IMG/VR virus record: IMGVR_UViG_3300048930_001424
Location: 26,257 to 90,256 of that record
DNA from: a virus
Direction: 5' to 3' (one strand)
DNA: 64,000 bases
This document shows, one piece after another, positions 30,564 to 40,023 of this stretch. The notes beneath the pieces are model-generated. The model was not told the origin of the DNA. It ran no database searches and saw nothing but the letters and a program-made list of their open reading frames with translations. The first letter of the stretch is position 1; each line of letters starts with the position of its first letter. A program made the translations under genes and the position numbers.

Positions 30564-31390
30564 TGCCCCGGTTGGTGCCCGTGGAGATCGGCGAGACCGT
30601 TCACCTCGATGCCATTATCAAGGGCAAGCACGTCGCCACTCGTGCCCGGCTTCGGCTGCTCAAGCCGACCTTGGATGCTCGGTACACCGAGTATTCCGGC
30701 ACCACGGCGGCGTTTGAGGCGCTCGCGGCCAGCACGCTGGTCGGCACGGCTATAGATGATTGTGTGGACTGCTACAACCTTGATCGCAAGCCCGTCGCGG
30801 CGCTGAAGCAGGCGATTCTGGACGCGAGACCTGCGAATCGCAGGTCGCTGTGCCAGTGGTGCCTGATCGACACCTGGAGTGATCTGGATCACTTCGTGCC
30901 AAAGGAAACGTTCCCGGAGTTCTCGGTGATGGCCCGTAATCTTGCGCCGTGCTGCTCCAAGTGCAACAAGGCGAAGGGTGACTACTGGCCCCCGGTTGGC
31001 GTCGTACCCGAGGTGCTGAGCCTCTACTACTCGTCGCTGCTCGATCGACCCTATCTCGCCGCGACCGTGACGCATGCCTTGGGTGGTTCGTCCGCGATCC
31101 AGTTTGCAATCCGGCGGGACGTCGGGCTGACCGCCGCAGAGATTGTGACCCTGGAGACCCACTACTCACGGCTGAAGCTGATGCCACGACTACAAGATGC
31201 CGGCATTAGCGCATTGTCGCGATTCCGTGAGACTCTTCGCGCACATGGGGTACAGAGGGCAAATGCAGTTCAGTTCCTCAGCGACGAGGCTGTCGGCTTG
31301 ACGACCGCCTTTGGTGCAAATCACTATGAAGCATTGACGGCGACAGCGCTTGCGGCGGCTCCGGCGGCGTTGGATGACTATCTGGCATGA
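30563..31390 (+). CDS. HNH endonuclease (PtuB-like)
   Basis: CQWC…LDHFVPK…NLAPCCSKCNKAKG; 1-bp overlap with the ATPase gene. Confidence 0.85.
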   Translation: MPRLVPVEIGETVHLDAIIKGKHVATRARLRLLKPTLDARYTEYSGTTAAFEALAASTLVGTAIDDCVDCYNLDRKPVAALKQAILDARPANRRSLCQWCLIDTWSDLDHFVPKETFPEFSVMARNLAPCCSKCNKAKGDYWPPVGVVPEVLSLYYSSLLDRPYLAATVTHALGGSSAIQFAIRRDVGLTAAEIVTLETHYSRLKLMPRLQDAGISALSRFRETLRAHGVQRANAVQFLSDEAVGLTTAFGANHYEALTATALAAAPAALDDYLA

Positions 31391-31423
31391 GTGTCGCCCT
31401 ACGCAGCGAGCCGTCGATGTTGG

Positions 31424-31456
31424 GCGCGACAAACCCGGCTGGTTAGCAGAGGGGTA
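31424..31456 (+). promoter_or_regulatory. Element-specific promoter motif, copy 1
   Basis: GCGCGACAA-N13-GCAGAGGGGTA upstream of the recombinase operon. Confidence 0.7.
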
Positions 31457-31482
31457 TGGTCGAGGGCTGCGTCCCTCGCCAT

Positions 31483-31752
31483 ATGCCACGACACAAATCG
31501 CAGAACAACCCGACGCTGGCGGGCACGCCGTGCGTTCCGGCCCGCGCCATCGAACTCCTCGCGGCGGGGACGGCCCGGCTGATCGACGCGAGCGCCCACG
31601 ATTCGAGCGTCATCATTGAACACGCCGGTTCCCTTCGGGCGGGACTTGAACTCGCGGATCATGCCGCCCTCAGTGTGCCTACGGGTGAACGCCACCGTCC
31701 CGAACCGGAGAACCCGGGACGATGCTGCCCGAAGGAGCCTGAAGGACGATGA
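31483..31752 (+). CDS. Small hypothetical protein, first gene of the recombinase operon
   Basis: ATGA overlap with the DUF2924 gene; start uncertain. Confidence 0.5.
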   Translation: MPRHKSQNNPTLAGTPCVPARAIELLAAGTARLIDASAHDSSVIIEHAGSLRAGLELADHAALSVPTGERHRPEPENPGRCCPKEPEGR

Positions 31753-32261
31753 GGACCACCGCAACCATCCAGCAACAGATCGACGAGCTGCGAGACATGC
31801 CCGTGTCGCGGCTCCGCGAGCGCTACGCGGAAGTATTCGGCGAGCCGACAGCCTCCGGAAATCGCCAGTGGCTTTTCCGGCGGGTGGCCTGGCGAATCCA
31901 GTCCTTGGCCGAAGGGGACCTCTCCGAGCGGGCGCGGCGTCGGGCCGCGGAGTTGGCCCGGGACGTCGACGTCCGGGTCCGGCCGCCGGGGGAACGGGAA
32001 TCCGACAAAGTCCGCTCCGGCGCGCGGCTCGTGACAATCACTGGACGGCTCGCGTCGGCGGGAACCGACCGCCTGCCCGCGCCCGGCACCGTCCTGCGGC
32101 GCACGTTCAAGGGCGCTGAGCACGAGGTGACGGTTCTCCCCTACGGCTTCGAGTACGAGGGGAAGGCGTACCGATCCCTGTCGGCGGTGGCGACGGCGAT
32201 CACAGGGTCGCACTGGAACGGGTTCCTGTTCTTCGGGCTGACCAAGAAGGGAACAACATGA
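31749..32261 (+). CDS. DUF2924 protein
   Basis: RVAWRIQ…GDLS, PGTVLRR…SLSAVATAITGSHWNGFLFFGL. Confidence 0.88.
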   Translation: MRTTATIQQQIDELRDMPVSRLRERYAEVFGEPTASGNRQWLFRRVAWRIQSLAEGDLSERARRRAAELARDVDVRVRPPGERESDKVRSGARLVTITGRLASAGTDRLPAPGTVLRRTFKGAEHEVTVLPYGFEYEGKAYRSLSAVATAITGSHWNGFLFFGLTKKGTT

Positions 32262-33850
32262 GCTCCGCCGTCACCAAGCGTCCCGCCGCTTCGCGCCGCG
32301 CCGCCGCGGACGCCGCGCTGGGAAGCTCCTCGCCGTCTAAGTCGGGCCCGCGGACCATCCGCTGCGCCATCTACACGCGCAAGAGCACCGAGGAGGGCCT
32401 CAACCAGGAGTTCAACAGCCTGGACGCCCAGCGCGAGAGCGCCATCGCGTACATCGCCAGCCAGAAGAACGAGGGGTGGCTGTGCATCTCCGAGAAGTAC
32501 GACGACGGTGGATTCACCGGCGGGAACATCGAGCGTCCTGCGCTCAAGCGGCTGATGGCCGACATCGAAGCGGGGAAGGTCGACTGCGTGGTGGTCTACA
32601 AGGTAGACCGGCTCAGCCGATCGCTGATGGATTTCGCGCGGCTGATGGCGCTCTTCGACCGCAAGGGCGTGTCGTTCGTCTCCGTCACGCAGCAGTTCAA
32701 CACGACCCACTCGATGGGCCGCCTGACGCTGAACATCCTGCTGTCGTTCGCACAGTTCGAGCGGGAGATCATCTCCGAGCGAACGCGGGACAAGATCGCC
32801 TCCGCGCGGCGCAAGGGCAAGTACCAGCACGGCAAGCCAATCTTGGGGTACGACTTCGTGCCCGCGCCGGCTCCATTCACGGGGCGGCGCCTGGTCGTCA
32901 ACCAGGTCGAGGCGGGTCGCGTCCGGCGCATCTTCGAGTTGTACCTCGAGGTCGAGAGCATCCTGCGAGTTGCCGACGAGTGCAACACCCGCGGTTGGAC
33001 CACGAAGTCGTGGACGACCACCGCTGGGCGCACGGTCGGCAACCGGGAGTTCGACAAAACCATCATCTCGCGGCTCCTTCGCAACCCGCTCTACCTCGGG
33101 AAGGTGCCGCACAACGGTGCGGTGTACGACGGCGAGCACGAAGCGATCATCGACGAGGATCTGTTCCGCCGCGTCCAAGCCCAACTCAAACTCGCCGGCG
33201 AGCGCGGCGGGGCCGGCGTGAAGAACTCGACAGGGTCGCTCCTGGGCGGGTTGGTCCGGTGCAAGGGGTGCGAGTGCGCGATGTCCCCGAGCAGTGCATC
33301 GAAGAAGAAGTCCGACGGGTCACGCACCCGATACCGCTACTACGTCTGCTGCAACGCGGTGAAGCGCGGGCGGCAGCACTGCGCCGCCCCGTCCTTGCCC
33401 GGGCCGGCGCTCGAAGCGTTCGTCCTTGACCAGGTGAAGGCCATTCTGGCCGACTCCCCGCAGATGACGGCTGTCGTTGGCCGTGCGATCGATCTCCTCC
33501 GCGAGGCCGCCAGCGCTCGGATCGCGGAGCAGACGCGGCTCCGTGCCGTGCTCGAACGGCTCTCCGGCGAGGAGCCAACGGCCGCCACGCGCCGCGAGAT
33601 CGAGCGTGTGCGGCGAACGCTCGCGGCGGTTTCCGCGCAGGTGGCGGCGGACGCCGACCGCCTCATCGACGAGGACGAGGTGGCCGGAGCGGTGGAGGCT
33701 TTCGACGGGGTCTGGAACGCGATGACGCAGGCCGAACGCGCCGAGTTCCTGCACGTCGTGATCGCGTCAGTTGAGTACGACGGCCAGACGCAGGACGTCT
33801 CGATCACCTTCAACCCCGAACTCAATCCAGCGGAGACACCCAGCGAATGA
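32258..33850 (+). CDS. Large serine recombinase (integrase)
   Basis: AIYTRKST catalytic Ser, YKVDRLSRS, NPLYLG, Zn ribbon CKGC…YYVC…C. Confidence 0.93.
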   Translation: MSSAVTKRPAASRRAAADAALGSSSPSKSGPRTIRCAIYTRKSTEEGLNQEFNSLDAQRESAIAYIASQKNEGWLCISEKYDDGGFTGGNIERPALKRLMADIEAGKVDCVVVYKVDRLSRSLMDFARLMALFDRKGVSFVSVTQQFNTTHSMGRLTLNILLSFAQFEREIISERTRDKIASARRKGKYQHGKPILGYDFVPAPAPFTGRRLVVNQVEAGRVRRIFELYLEVESILRVADECNTRGWTTKSWTTTAGRTVGNREFDKTIISRLLRNPLYLGKVPHNGAVYDGEHEAIIDEDLFRRVQAQLKLAGERGGAGVKNSTGSLLGGLVRCKGCECAMSPSSASKKKSDGSRTRYRYYVCCNAVKRGRQHCAAPSLPGPALEAFVLDQVKAILADSPQMTAVVGRAIDLLREAASARIAEQTRLRAVLERLSGEEPTAATRREIERVRRTLAAVSAQVAADADRLIDEDEVAGAVEAFDGVWNAMTQAERAEFLHVVIASVEYDGQTQDVSITFNPELNPAETPSE

Positions 33851-34317
33851 CCTCACCCTCCAAACAGGCAGGCCGCGCTTCGGGTTTCGTCCCGATCACG
33901 ACGACGGCGAGATTCGTCGTGCCGGGACGGGAACGAGCGGTGGCGCCTTACGGGGTTGCGCAGAAGCCCGTATCACCCGGTCGGGTGCCGCGGGTCGCGC
34001 GGTTGATGGCGCTGGCGATCCGGTTCGATGCCCTGGTTCGGGAGGGAGCGGTGAGCACGCAGGCCGAGCTAGCTGCGGTCGGCCATGTCACGCGGGCGCG
34101 TGTGACCCAGATCATGAACCTCCTCCACCTCGCGCCAGACCTGCAGGAGGCCATCCTTTTTATGCCTCCTGTCGCGCGCGGCCGAGACCCGGTGACCGAG
34201 CATGAACTTCGGCCCATCGCGGCTGAGGTCGATTGGGGCCGTCAGCGTCACTTGTGGCGACGTGCTTATCAGACGTTTTGCGGCGAAACACCTCATCTTG
34301 CGGCCAATCCCGGGTGA
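33847..34317 (+). CDS. HTH-like hypothetical protein, recombinase-associated
   Basis: QAELAAVGHVTRARVTQIMNLLHLAPDLQEAIL; ATGA overlap. Confidence 0.75.
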   Translation: MTSPSKQAGRASGFVPITTTARFVVPGRERAVAPYGVAQKPVSPGRVPRVARLMALAIRFDALVREGAVSTQAELAAVGHVTRARVTQIMNLLHLAPDLQEAILFMPPVARGRDPVTEHELRPIAAEVDWGRQRHLWRRAYQTFCGETPHLAANPG

Positions 34318-34408
34318 AGATGTGCCTCTCGGCGGTCGATGCCAATAACAGCGACCAGACGCCAGCGCGGGCGTGTTTCCCGGAACGGCGGTCGTCGAGG
34401 CCGACCGC

Positions 34409-35194
34409 ATGGGACACACCCGATTTGGCAACTTACCGAGATCGCGGAAGTGGAAAGAGGTGATCGGCCTCATCGCCGCCGGCGCCGGCGCTGATCAGAT
34501 CGCCAACGCGATTATCCGCGCGGCCGAGTCCGGCCTCATGGCCGCGGCGCATCATACAGGTCTCGTCGAGGCATTCTGGTCGCTCACGCAGCTCACACAG
34601 GCGGCGCGAGAGAAGGACTTTGCCGCCGGCCTTCGAGCCCGTGGCTTTGATGTCCCTGACAACCCCAGCTTGCCGGCAATCATGAGCGCCGTGTCGGCCG
34701 CGATCGACCGCAGCATGCCCAACAACAAGGGCCGTACCGATCTGGGCGAGATGGCACACGCCGCAGCGATCGAGACCACGAACCGGATCGTAACCGAGCG
34801 GGTCTCGTCGTCCCTCTTTGGGGTCTCCGCTCAAGACGTTCAGCGCGCCTTCCACGACCTCGGCACGGTCAAGAACTTCGGCGACCTCGGCAAGCGGTTC
34901 TTCGGCCAGTTGACCAACAAGGTTCTCCAGTCATACGCGAGCCGCGAGTGCGCGAATCACGTCGGTCAGGGGCAGCGGTTTGCCAACCTCGCCGCGAAGG
35001 CCGCCTTCGATGAGGCGATGAACGTGCACTGCAGGCAGGCCGCCGTGATCGTCCAGAAGTTTGCCGGGGAGTGGCAGTCGAAACAAAACTGGACGAACAA
35101 GGACATCGGCGGGATCACGCGCAAGCACGCCGAGGGGTTTGCTCACCAGGCGATGAAAAAGATGGTGGCCGAACTAAAGGAGGGGAACAAGTGA
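34409..35194 (+). CDS. Helical protein with MG- N-terminus, QatB-like partner of QueC
   Basis: GAGG RBS, ATG 34409 giving MGHTRFGNLPRSRKW; GTGA-coupled to the QueC gene. Confidence 0.65.
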   Translation: MGHTRFGNLPRSRKWKEVIGLIAAGAGADQIANAIIRAAESGLMAAAHHTGLVEAFWSLTQLTQAAREKDFAAGLRARGFDVPDNPSLPAIMSAVSAAIDRSMPNNKGRTDLGEMAHAAAIETTNRIVTERVSSSLFGVSAQDVQRAFHDLGTVKNFGDLGKRFFGQLTNKVLQSYASRECANHVGQGQRFANLAAKAAFDEAMNVHCRQAAVIVQKFAGEWQSKQNWTNKDIGGITRKHAEGFAHQAMKKMVAELKEGNK

Positions 35195-37218
35195 ACCCTC
35201 CCGAGATGCTGTTCGCGTGCAATGAGGCCGCTTCGTCCCATCCTGGTACGGTTGCCGGCGTGTCCAAGCTCCGCACCGCGGGGCCGGGAAAAAACGTCAC
35301 CGTCGAGATCAACGACATCGGCCGGCAGCTCAACCAAAACATCCCCGCGCCGCTCATCGACCTGGTCGAGATCGCCGCGCTCGTGTTTGTCGCCGATCAG
35401 ATGCAGCGTCGCGGCGAGGACGATGTCGAATCGATGGGTGCGTCCTGGCGTCGCCGCATGCGGTTCGAGATTCCCGTCCGCGTTCCGAAGCTCTGGAGCT
35501 CCGCCGAGGTCGGCGATGCGCTTCAGGCACTTCTGAGTTTCCTCTCGGAGGATGAGTACGAGTTCACGTTCACCCAGTACAAGCATCCTCCCACGCTCGA
35601 CGCGTACTTGAACTTCGGCTCGCTCATCTCGGCCGACCCTGCCGAGTCGGTGGTCCTGTTCTCGGGCGGCTTGGATTCTCTGGGCGGCACCCTCGAAGAA
35701 GTGGTTCAGGACAAACGATCCACGCTGCTGGTTACGCATGCGTCGGCCAGCACGAAGCGAGAGCGCCACAAGACCCTGCGGGGCATGATCGCTAGCGCCG
35801 CGCCGGGCCCCAAGCCCCAATTCATCAGGATTCGCGCCGACAAGAAGCACCGATCTGAGCGGGAGTACACGCAGCGGGCTCGGTCCTTTCTCTACGCGTC
35901 GTTCGCCGTGGCAGTGGCTCGCATGGCCGGGCTGGACGCCATCCGGTTCTACGAGAATGGCGTCGTGAGTCTGAATCTGCCCCTCTCACCCCAGGTCGTC
36001 GGCTCGCGCGCGACCCGCACGACCCATCCCAGGGTGCTCGCTTGCATGCAGACGTTCTTTTCGCTCATCACGGGGACATCGTTCAGCGTGGAGAACGGGT
36101 TCCTCTGGAAGACCAAGAGCGAAGTGGTCAGCGACATCATTAAGCTCGGCCACGGCGCGATGATTGACTACTCCACGAGCTGCACGCACACCCGCAAGTA
36201 CCGCACCGATCAGCCCCACTGTGGCGAGTGTTCCCAATGCATCGATCGACGGTTCGCGGTCTTGTCCAGTGGCGGTGAACAGTTCGAGCCCGCGGACCGG
36301 TACCGCCACAAGCTGCTGACCGAAGCGCGCGGCGAGGGCGAGTCACGGATCATGTTGGCGTCGTACCTGGAGACGGCTCAGCAGGTCGCGGAGATGGACA
36401 TCACCGCATTCTACAACCGGTATGGAGAAGCAGCCCGCGCGTTCCCCCACATCAAACTACCTGTGGATGAAGCGGCGAAGCGGATCTTCGAGCTCTACCA
36501 GCGCCACGGGAAGCAGGTCGCGTCGGCTATCGACGCAGCCGGCAAGGCGTACATGTCCGAGATCCGGAAACGCACCCTGCCCGAGACGTGCACGTTGCGC
36601 CTCGTGCATGATCCGAACCCCAACACGACGATTGCGAGCGCCCCGTCGGCGTCGGGCATAGCCGAACCGCCGCCGCCGTCGCACCAGCTCGTTCAGGAGG
36701 GCCAGGGCTGGCTGCTGCGGTTCGACGGAATCGACAAGCGATTCGAGCTCAGCGTGGGCATGGTCTATCTGCAGGCCATGCTGTATCGGCCAAACAAGCG
36801 GTTCACGGTGGCCGAGCTCTACTCCATCGCCCGTCCGCACATGAAGGACATCCCGAGCGCCCGGGCAGAGGCGCAGTTGGATGCGAAGGGAGCGCGTTTA
36901 GTCTGGGTGAGGATCACCGAGGTCAACGACGCGATCGCCGCCGCCATCAAGGCCGGCGATACCACCGCCCAGAAGGTCGCAGAGAACGAGAAGGAGAAAC
37001 TGCTCGCGTACCTGCGTGAGCACAACTTCGCCGGACGCATGAAGGTGGAAAGCGCCGACCACAAGCGTCTCAGGGACCGTGTCCGCAATCGGGTGAACGA
37101 CGCGATCGGAATCATCAAGAAGTATCACGCCACCGCCGGCGACCACATCGACGGAGCCATATCTCGTGGCTCTGTCATGGCTTACGCGCCCGTCGACCTG
37201 CCGCCGTGGGAGTTCTGA
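35191..37218 (+). CDS. QueC/QatC-like PP-loop protein fused to a putative DNA-binding C-terminal domain
   Basis: LFSGGLDS, QRARSFLY, YENG, TRTTHP, SCTH…HCGECSQCIDRR; Pro/Ala linker, then ~185-aa domain. Confidence 0.82.
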   Translation: MNPPEMLFACNEAASSHPGTVAGVSKLRTAGPGKNVTVEINDIGRQLNQNIPAPLIDLVEIAALVFVADQMQRRGEDDVESMGASWRRRMRFEIPVRVPKLWSSAEVGDALQALLSFLSEDEYEFTFTQYKHPPTLDAYLNFGSLISADPAESVVLFSGGLDSLGGTLEEVVQDKRSTLLVTHASASTKRERHKTLRGMIASAAPGPKPQFIRIRADKKHRSEREYTQRARSFLYASFAVAVARMAGLDAIRFYENGVVSLNLPLSPQVVGSRATRTTHPRVLACMQTFFSLITGTSFSVENGFLWKTKSEVVSDIIKLGHGAMIDYSTSCTHTRKYRTDQPHCGECSQCIDRRFAVLSSGGEQFEPADRYRHKLLTEARGEGESRIMLASYLETAQQVAEMDITAFYNRYGEAARAFPHIKLPVDEAAKRIFELYQRHGKQVASAIDAAGKAYMSEIRKRTLPETCTLRLVHDPNPNTTIASAPSASGIAEPPPPSHQLVQEGQGWLLRFDGIDKRFELSVGMVYLQAMLYRPNKRFTVAELYSIARPHMKDIPSARAEAQLDAKGARLVWVRITEVNDAIAAAIKAGDTTAQKVAENEKEKLLAYLREHNFAGRMKVESADHKRLRDRVRNRVNDAIGIIKKYHATAGDHIDGAISRGSVMAYAPVDLPPWEF

Positions 37219-37220
37219 CT

Positions 37221-37263
37221 CCGCTACGCCGAATGTAGCGGCCCGCTACGCCGCGTGTAGCCC
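37221..37263. promoter_or_regulatory. Tandem palindromic operator-like sites
   Basis: CCGCTAC-GCCGAAT-GTAGCGG and CCGCTAC-GCCGCGT-GTAGCCC, 22-bp period. Confidence 0.6.
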
Positions 37264-37374
37264 CGGACGTGCCGGAGCGGCTGCCCGGCAGGACGTCCTC
37301 CACGTTTCCTGATCCACATCTCGCACCGAGCTGCTGCCGGGCCCTGCGGGCGATGTCTGGCACGAGGAGGCATC

Positions 37375-37941
37375 ATGCCTTCGATCGCAGCAGACCGGGC
37401 GCTGACGTGCGCCGATCGTAGCGGCTTTGCCGCTTTCCCTTCCCTCACCGTCCGGCAGATGGAGTTCCGCACCGAGCGTCTCGGACGGCTGTACTCCCTC
37501 TTCCCCGACCAGGTCGCCGATCTCCGGCAGGAGTTGGCGGCCGAGATCGTGCGCGCGCTGCGGCGGTTCGATCCGACGATCGCCTCGCGGACGACGTTCA
37601 TGAAGGGCGTCATGAACCTCTGGTACCGGCAGAAGTGCAAGCAGCTGCGCCGCGAAGCGGCGGAACGCGACCGGCTCGTTCCTCTGCCGCCGCTGGGGAC
37701 CGAGGGCAGGGACTTCGCAGACCGCCGCCTCGGTGGCGTGGCCGAAGTGGACGCACGCCTCGATCTCGCCGACCGCATCGCGGATCTGCCGCAGGACCTG
37801 TTCGCGCTCGCCCGCGACCTGCTCGCGGGCAAGTCGGTCCCGGAGATCGCCGCCGAACGCGGCGTTCACCGGGGGACAGTGAACCGCATGGTCCTGCAAC
37901 TGCGCGCCCGCCTGGCCGACCTCGATCCGGCCGCCAACTAG
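37375..37941 (+). CDS. ECF-like sigma-70 family factor
   Basis: DLRQEL…LRRFDP…TF region 2; C-terminal HTH SVPEIAAERGVHRGTV; GAGGAGG RBS. Confidence 0.78.
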   Translation: MPSIAADRALTCADRSGFAAFPSLTVRQMEFRTERLGRLYSLFPDQVADLRQELAAEIVRALRRFDPTIASRTTFMKGVMNLWYRQKCKQLRREAAERDRLVPLPPLGTEGRDFADRRLGGVAEVDARLDLADRIADLPQDLFALARDLLAGKSVPEIAAERGVHRGTVNRMVLQLRARLADLDPAAN

Positions 37942-37942
37942 C

Positions 37943-37975
37943 GCGCGACAAGTGGCGGGCGCGGGCAGAGGGGTA
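37943..37975 (+). promoter_or_regulatory. Element-specific promoter motif, copy 2
   Basis: GCGCGACAA-N13-GCAGAGGGGTA upstream of the replication operon. Confidence 0.7.
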
Positions 37976-38124
37976 TTGGCGTGCCCCCTGCCCGTACCCC
38001 GCGCACGGAACCGCCCGGCCCTGCCGACGAGAGCCTGCCGCTCGTCCGGTTGGGGCAGGGCGATTTCACCCGCGACCTGCGGGCCGAGGACCTCGATCCC
38101 CATCACCACAGGAACGGAGCCACC

Positions 38125-38865
38125 ATGCCCCTACTCGATTCGGTGATCACGACCACGACACCCTCGCCGCCCAAGATTCTCGTCTACGGCACTCCGGGCG
38201 TCGGGAAGACCACGTTCGCCGCCAGCGCCGGCGCGCTGCTCCTGGACTGCGAGAACGGCGCAGGCGCCGTGCCCGGGCTCACGCGGACCCCGTTCCTCAA
38301 GAGCTGGCCCGAAGCGCAGGCCTGGCTCGCCGAGATCGAGGCCCAGCCCCCCGAGGGGCTCGGAGCCGTGGCGATCGACACGCTCGACTGGCTTGTGCAG
38401 CGCATCGTCGAGTACGTCGTGATGGACCTCGACAAGAAGAGCAAGGGCGAGGTTACCAACACGCTCTCCTCGGCCCACGGCGGATACTTCAAGGCCCGCG
38501 AGATCGTCAACAACATCGTCAGCCGCGACCTGCTCCCGCTGCTCAACGCAATCGCCGACCGCGGCATCGCCGTGATCCTGCTGGCGCACGCGGCCAACAC
38601 CAAGATCACCACGCCCGAGGGGTACGACGTGCGGCTCGCCGCGCCGGATATCCCGCAGTGGATCGCCCCGACGTTCGTCGAGTGGGCCGACGCCGTGCTC
38701 TACGCCTCGCGCGAAACCACGGGCGAGCGCGTGCTCACGACCGAGGGAACGAGCAACGTCACCGCCAAGAACCGCTACGGCCTGCCGTCCAAGGTGGGCC
38801 TGTCCTGGAAGGACCTGTCGGACGCGATCCAGCATGGGCTGGAGCGCCAGTCGGCCGGTCGCTGA
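38125..38865 (+). CDS. AAA_24 / Sak4-like ATPase (phage recombinase)
   Basis: KILVYGTPGVGKTTFA, AIDTLD, AKNRYGLP; alternative in-frame GTG at 37981. Confidence 0.85.
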   Translation: MPLLDSVITTTTPSPPKILVYGTPGVGKTTFAASAGALLLDCENGAGAVPGLTRTPFLKSWPEAQAWLAEIEAQPPEGLGAVAIDTLDWLVQRIVEYVVMDLDKKSKGEVTNTLSSAHGGYFKAREIVNNIVSRDLLPLLNAIADRGIAVILLAHAANTKITTPEGYDVRLAAPDIPQWIAPTFVEWADAVLYASRETTGERVLTTEGTSNVTAKNRYGLPSKVGLSWKDLSDAIQHGLERQSAGR

Positions 38866-38916
38866 TCCACATCCCCATCACCGCACCACACACTCGTTCA
38901 TGAAGGAGTCCGCTCA

Positions 38917-39390
38917 ATGGCCAGCCTGAACAACTTCGACGCCAATCAGGTCGATCCATCCGTTGCGCTCGATCCGCTCCCCGCGGGCAAGTACATCGCG
39001 GTCGTCTCGGAGTCCGAGCTCAGGCCGACCAAGGCCGGCGGGGGCAAGTACCTGCAGCTCACGTTCCAGATCATCGAGGGCGAGCACAAGGGACGCCTGG
39101 TGTGGGCCCGCCTGAACCTCGAGAACAAGAGCGAGATGACCGTGAAGATCGCCCGCGGTGAACTTTCGGCGATCTGCCGCGCCGTCGGGGTGATGCAGCC
39201 GCGCGACTCGGTCGAACTCCACAACGTGCCGTTGGAGATCAACGTTGGGCTTAAGAAGCGCGACGACAACGGCGAGTTCACCAACGTTATCAAGGGGTAC
39301 GCCAAGAAGGGCGGCAACAACGGGACGACGACGGCTCCGCGTCCCGCCGCGAGCACCGGCCCGGGGAGCACACCGCCCTGGAAACGCTGA
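38917..39390 (+). CDS. DUF669 protein (phage SSB-like)
   Basis: FDANQVDP…PLPAGKY…PPWKR; follows the Sak4-like gene. Confidence 0.85.
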   Translation: MASLNNFDANQVDPSVALDPLPAGKYIAVVSESELRPTKAGGGKYLQLTFQIIEGEHKGRLVWARLNLENKSEMTVKIARGELSAICRAVGVMQPRDSVELHNVPLEINVGLKKRDDNGEFTNVIKGYAKKGGNNGTTTAPRPAASTGPGSTPPWKR

Positions 39391-39785
39391 CTCCATCCGG
39401 GCGTCTCCTCGAACTCCCTTACCCGCCAAGTGTGAACCACATCTGGCGGCGCGTGGGCGAGAGGACCGTCATCAGCCGCGAGGGCCGGCGCTACCGCAGG
39501 GACGTGTGCGCCGCCCTCGCGGCGATGTCGGGGAGGCGAACGGCGCGGATGGAAGGGCGCTTGGCGGTGAGTGTCACCGTCTGCCCGCCCGACCATCGCC
39601 GGCGCGACCTGGACAACGTGCAGAAGGCGCTGCTGGACGCGCTCGCCAAGGGGGGCGTGTACCGCGACGACTCGCAGATCGATCGGCTGGAAGTTGAACG
39701 CGGCCCGGTGACTCCGGGCGGAAAGGTGCTGGTGGAGATCCGTGAGATCGCGCGTACGCACAGCCCCAGCCGCGTTCAGGGATGA
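39387..39785 (+). CDS. rusA: RusA-family Holliday junction resolvase
   Basis: LPYPPSVNHIWR, RRDLDNVQKALLDAL, DDSQI; probable CTG start. Confidence 0.88.
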   Translation: MTPSGRLLELPYPPSVNHIWRRVGERTVISREGRRYRRDVCAALAAMSGRRTARMEGRLAVSVTVCPPDHRRRDLDNVQKALLDALAKGGVYRDDSQIDRLEVERGPVTPGGKVLVEIREIARTHSPSRVQG

Positions 39786-40023
39786 CGGTCCCCGCGCGGT
39801 GGACGGCACGCGCCGGGGCGACCCGATCCCGGGCAGCCGGTTCTTCCGGTCGTTCTGCGCGTGCTGCGGTGTACCGATGCGGATGGAGGCGGATCGGGTG
39901 AACGAGGACGTGCTGTGCAACGAGTGCGATCCGCCGCACATCGGCGTGGGTGGGCCGCACGGCGGCCTGAACGGGCTCGACGCCGACCTCGATGCGTGGA
40001 GGCCTTCGTCCCTGGCTGGCTGA
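39742..40023 (+). CDS. Small Cys-rich hypothetical protein
   Basis: CACC…CNEC; fills the gap between rusA and the helicase gene. Confidence 0.45.
   Translation: MRSRVRTAPAAFRDDGPRAVDGTRRGDPIPGSRFFRSFCACCGVPMRMEADRVNEDVLCNECDPPHIGVGGPHGGLNGLDADLDAWRPSSLAG

Noticed and set aside
31393-31402. GTCGCCCTAC shared with 25081-25090 as an att core
   Set aside because: Only 10 bp in GC-rich DNA, and the other copy lies inside the hsd operon.
35191-37218. Housekeeping queuosine-pathway queC
   Set aside because: Much longer, with QatC-type motifs and no queD/E/F or dpd genes nearby.
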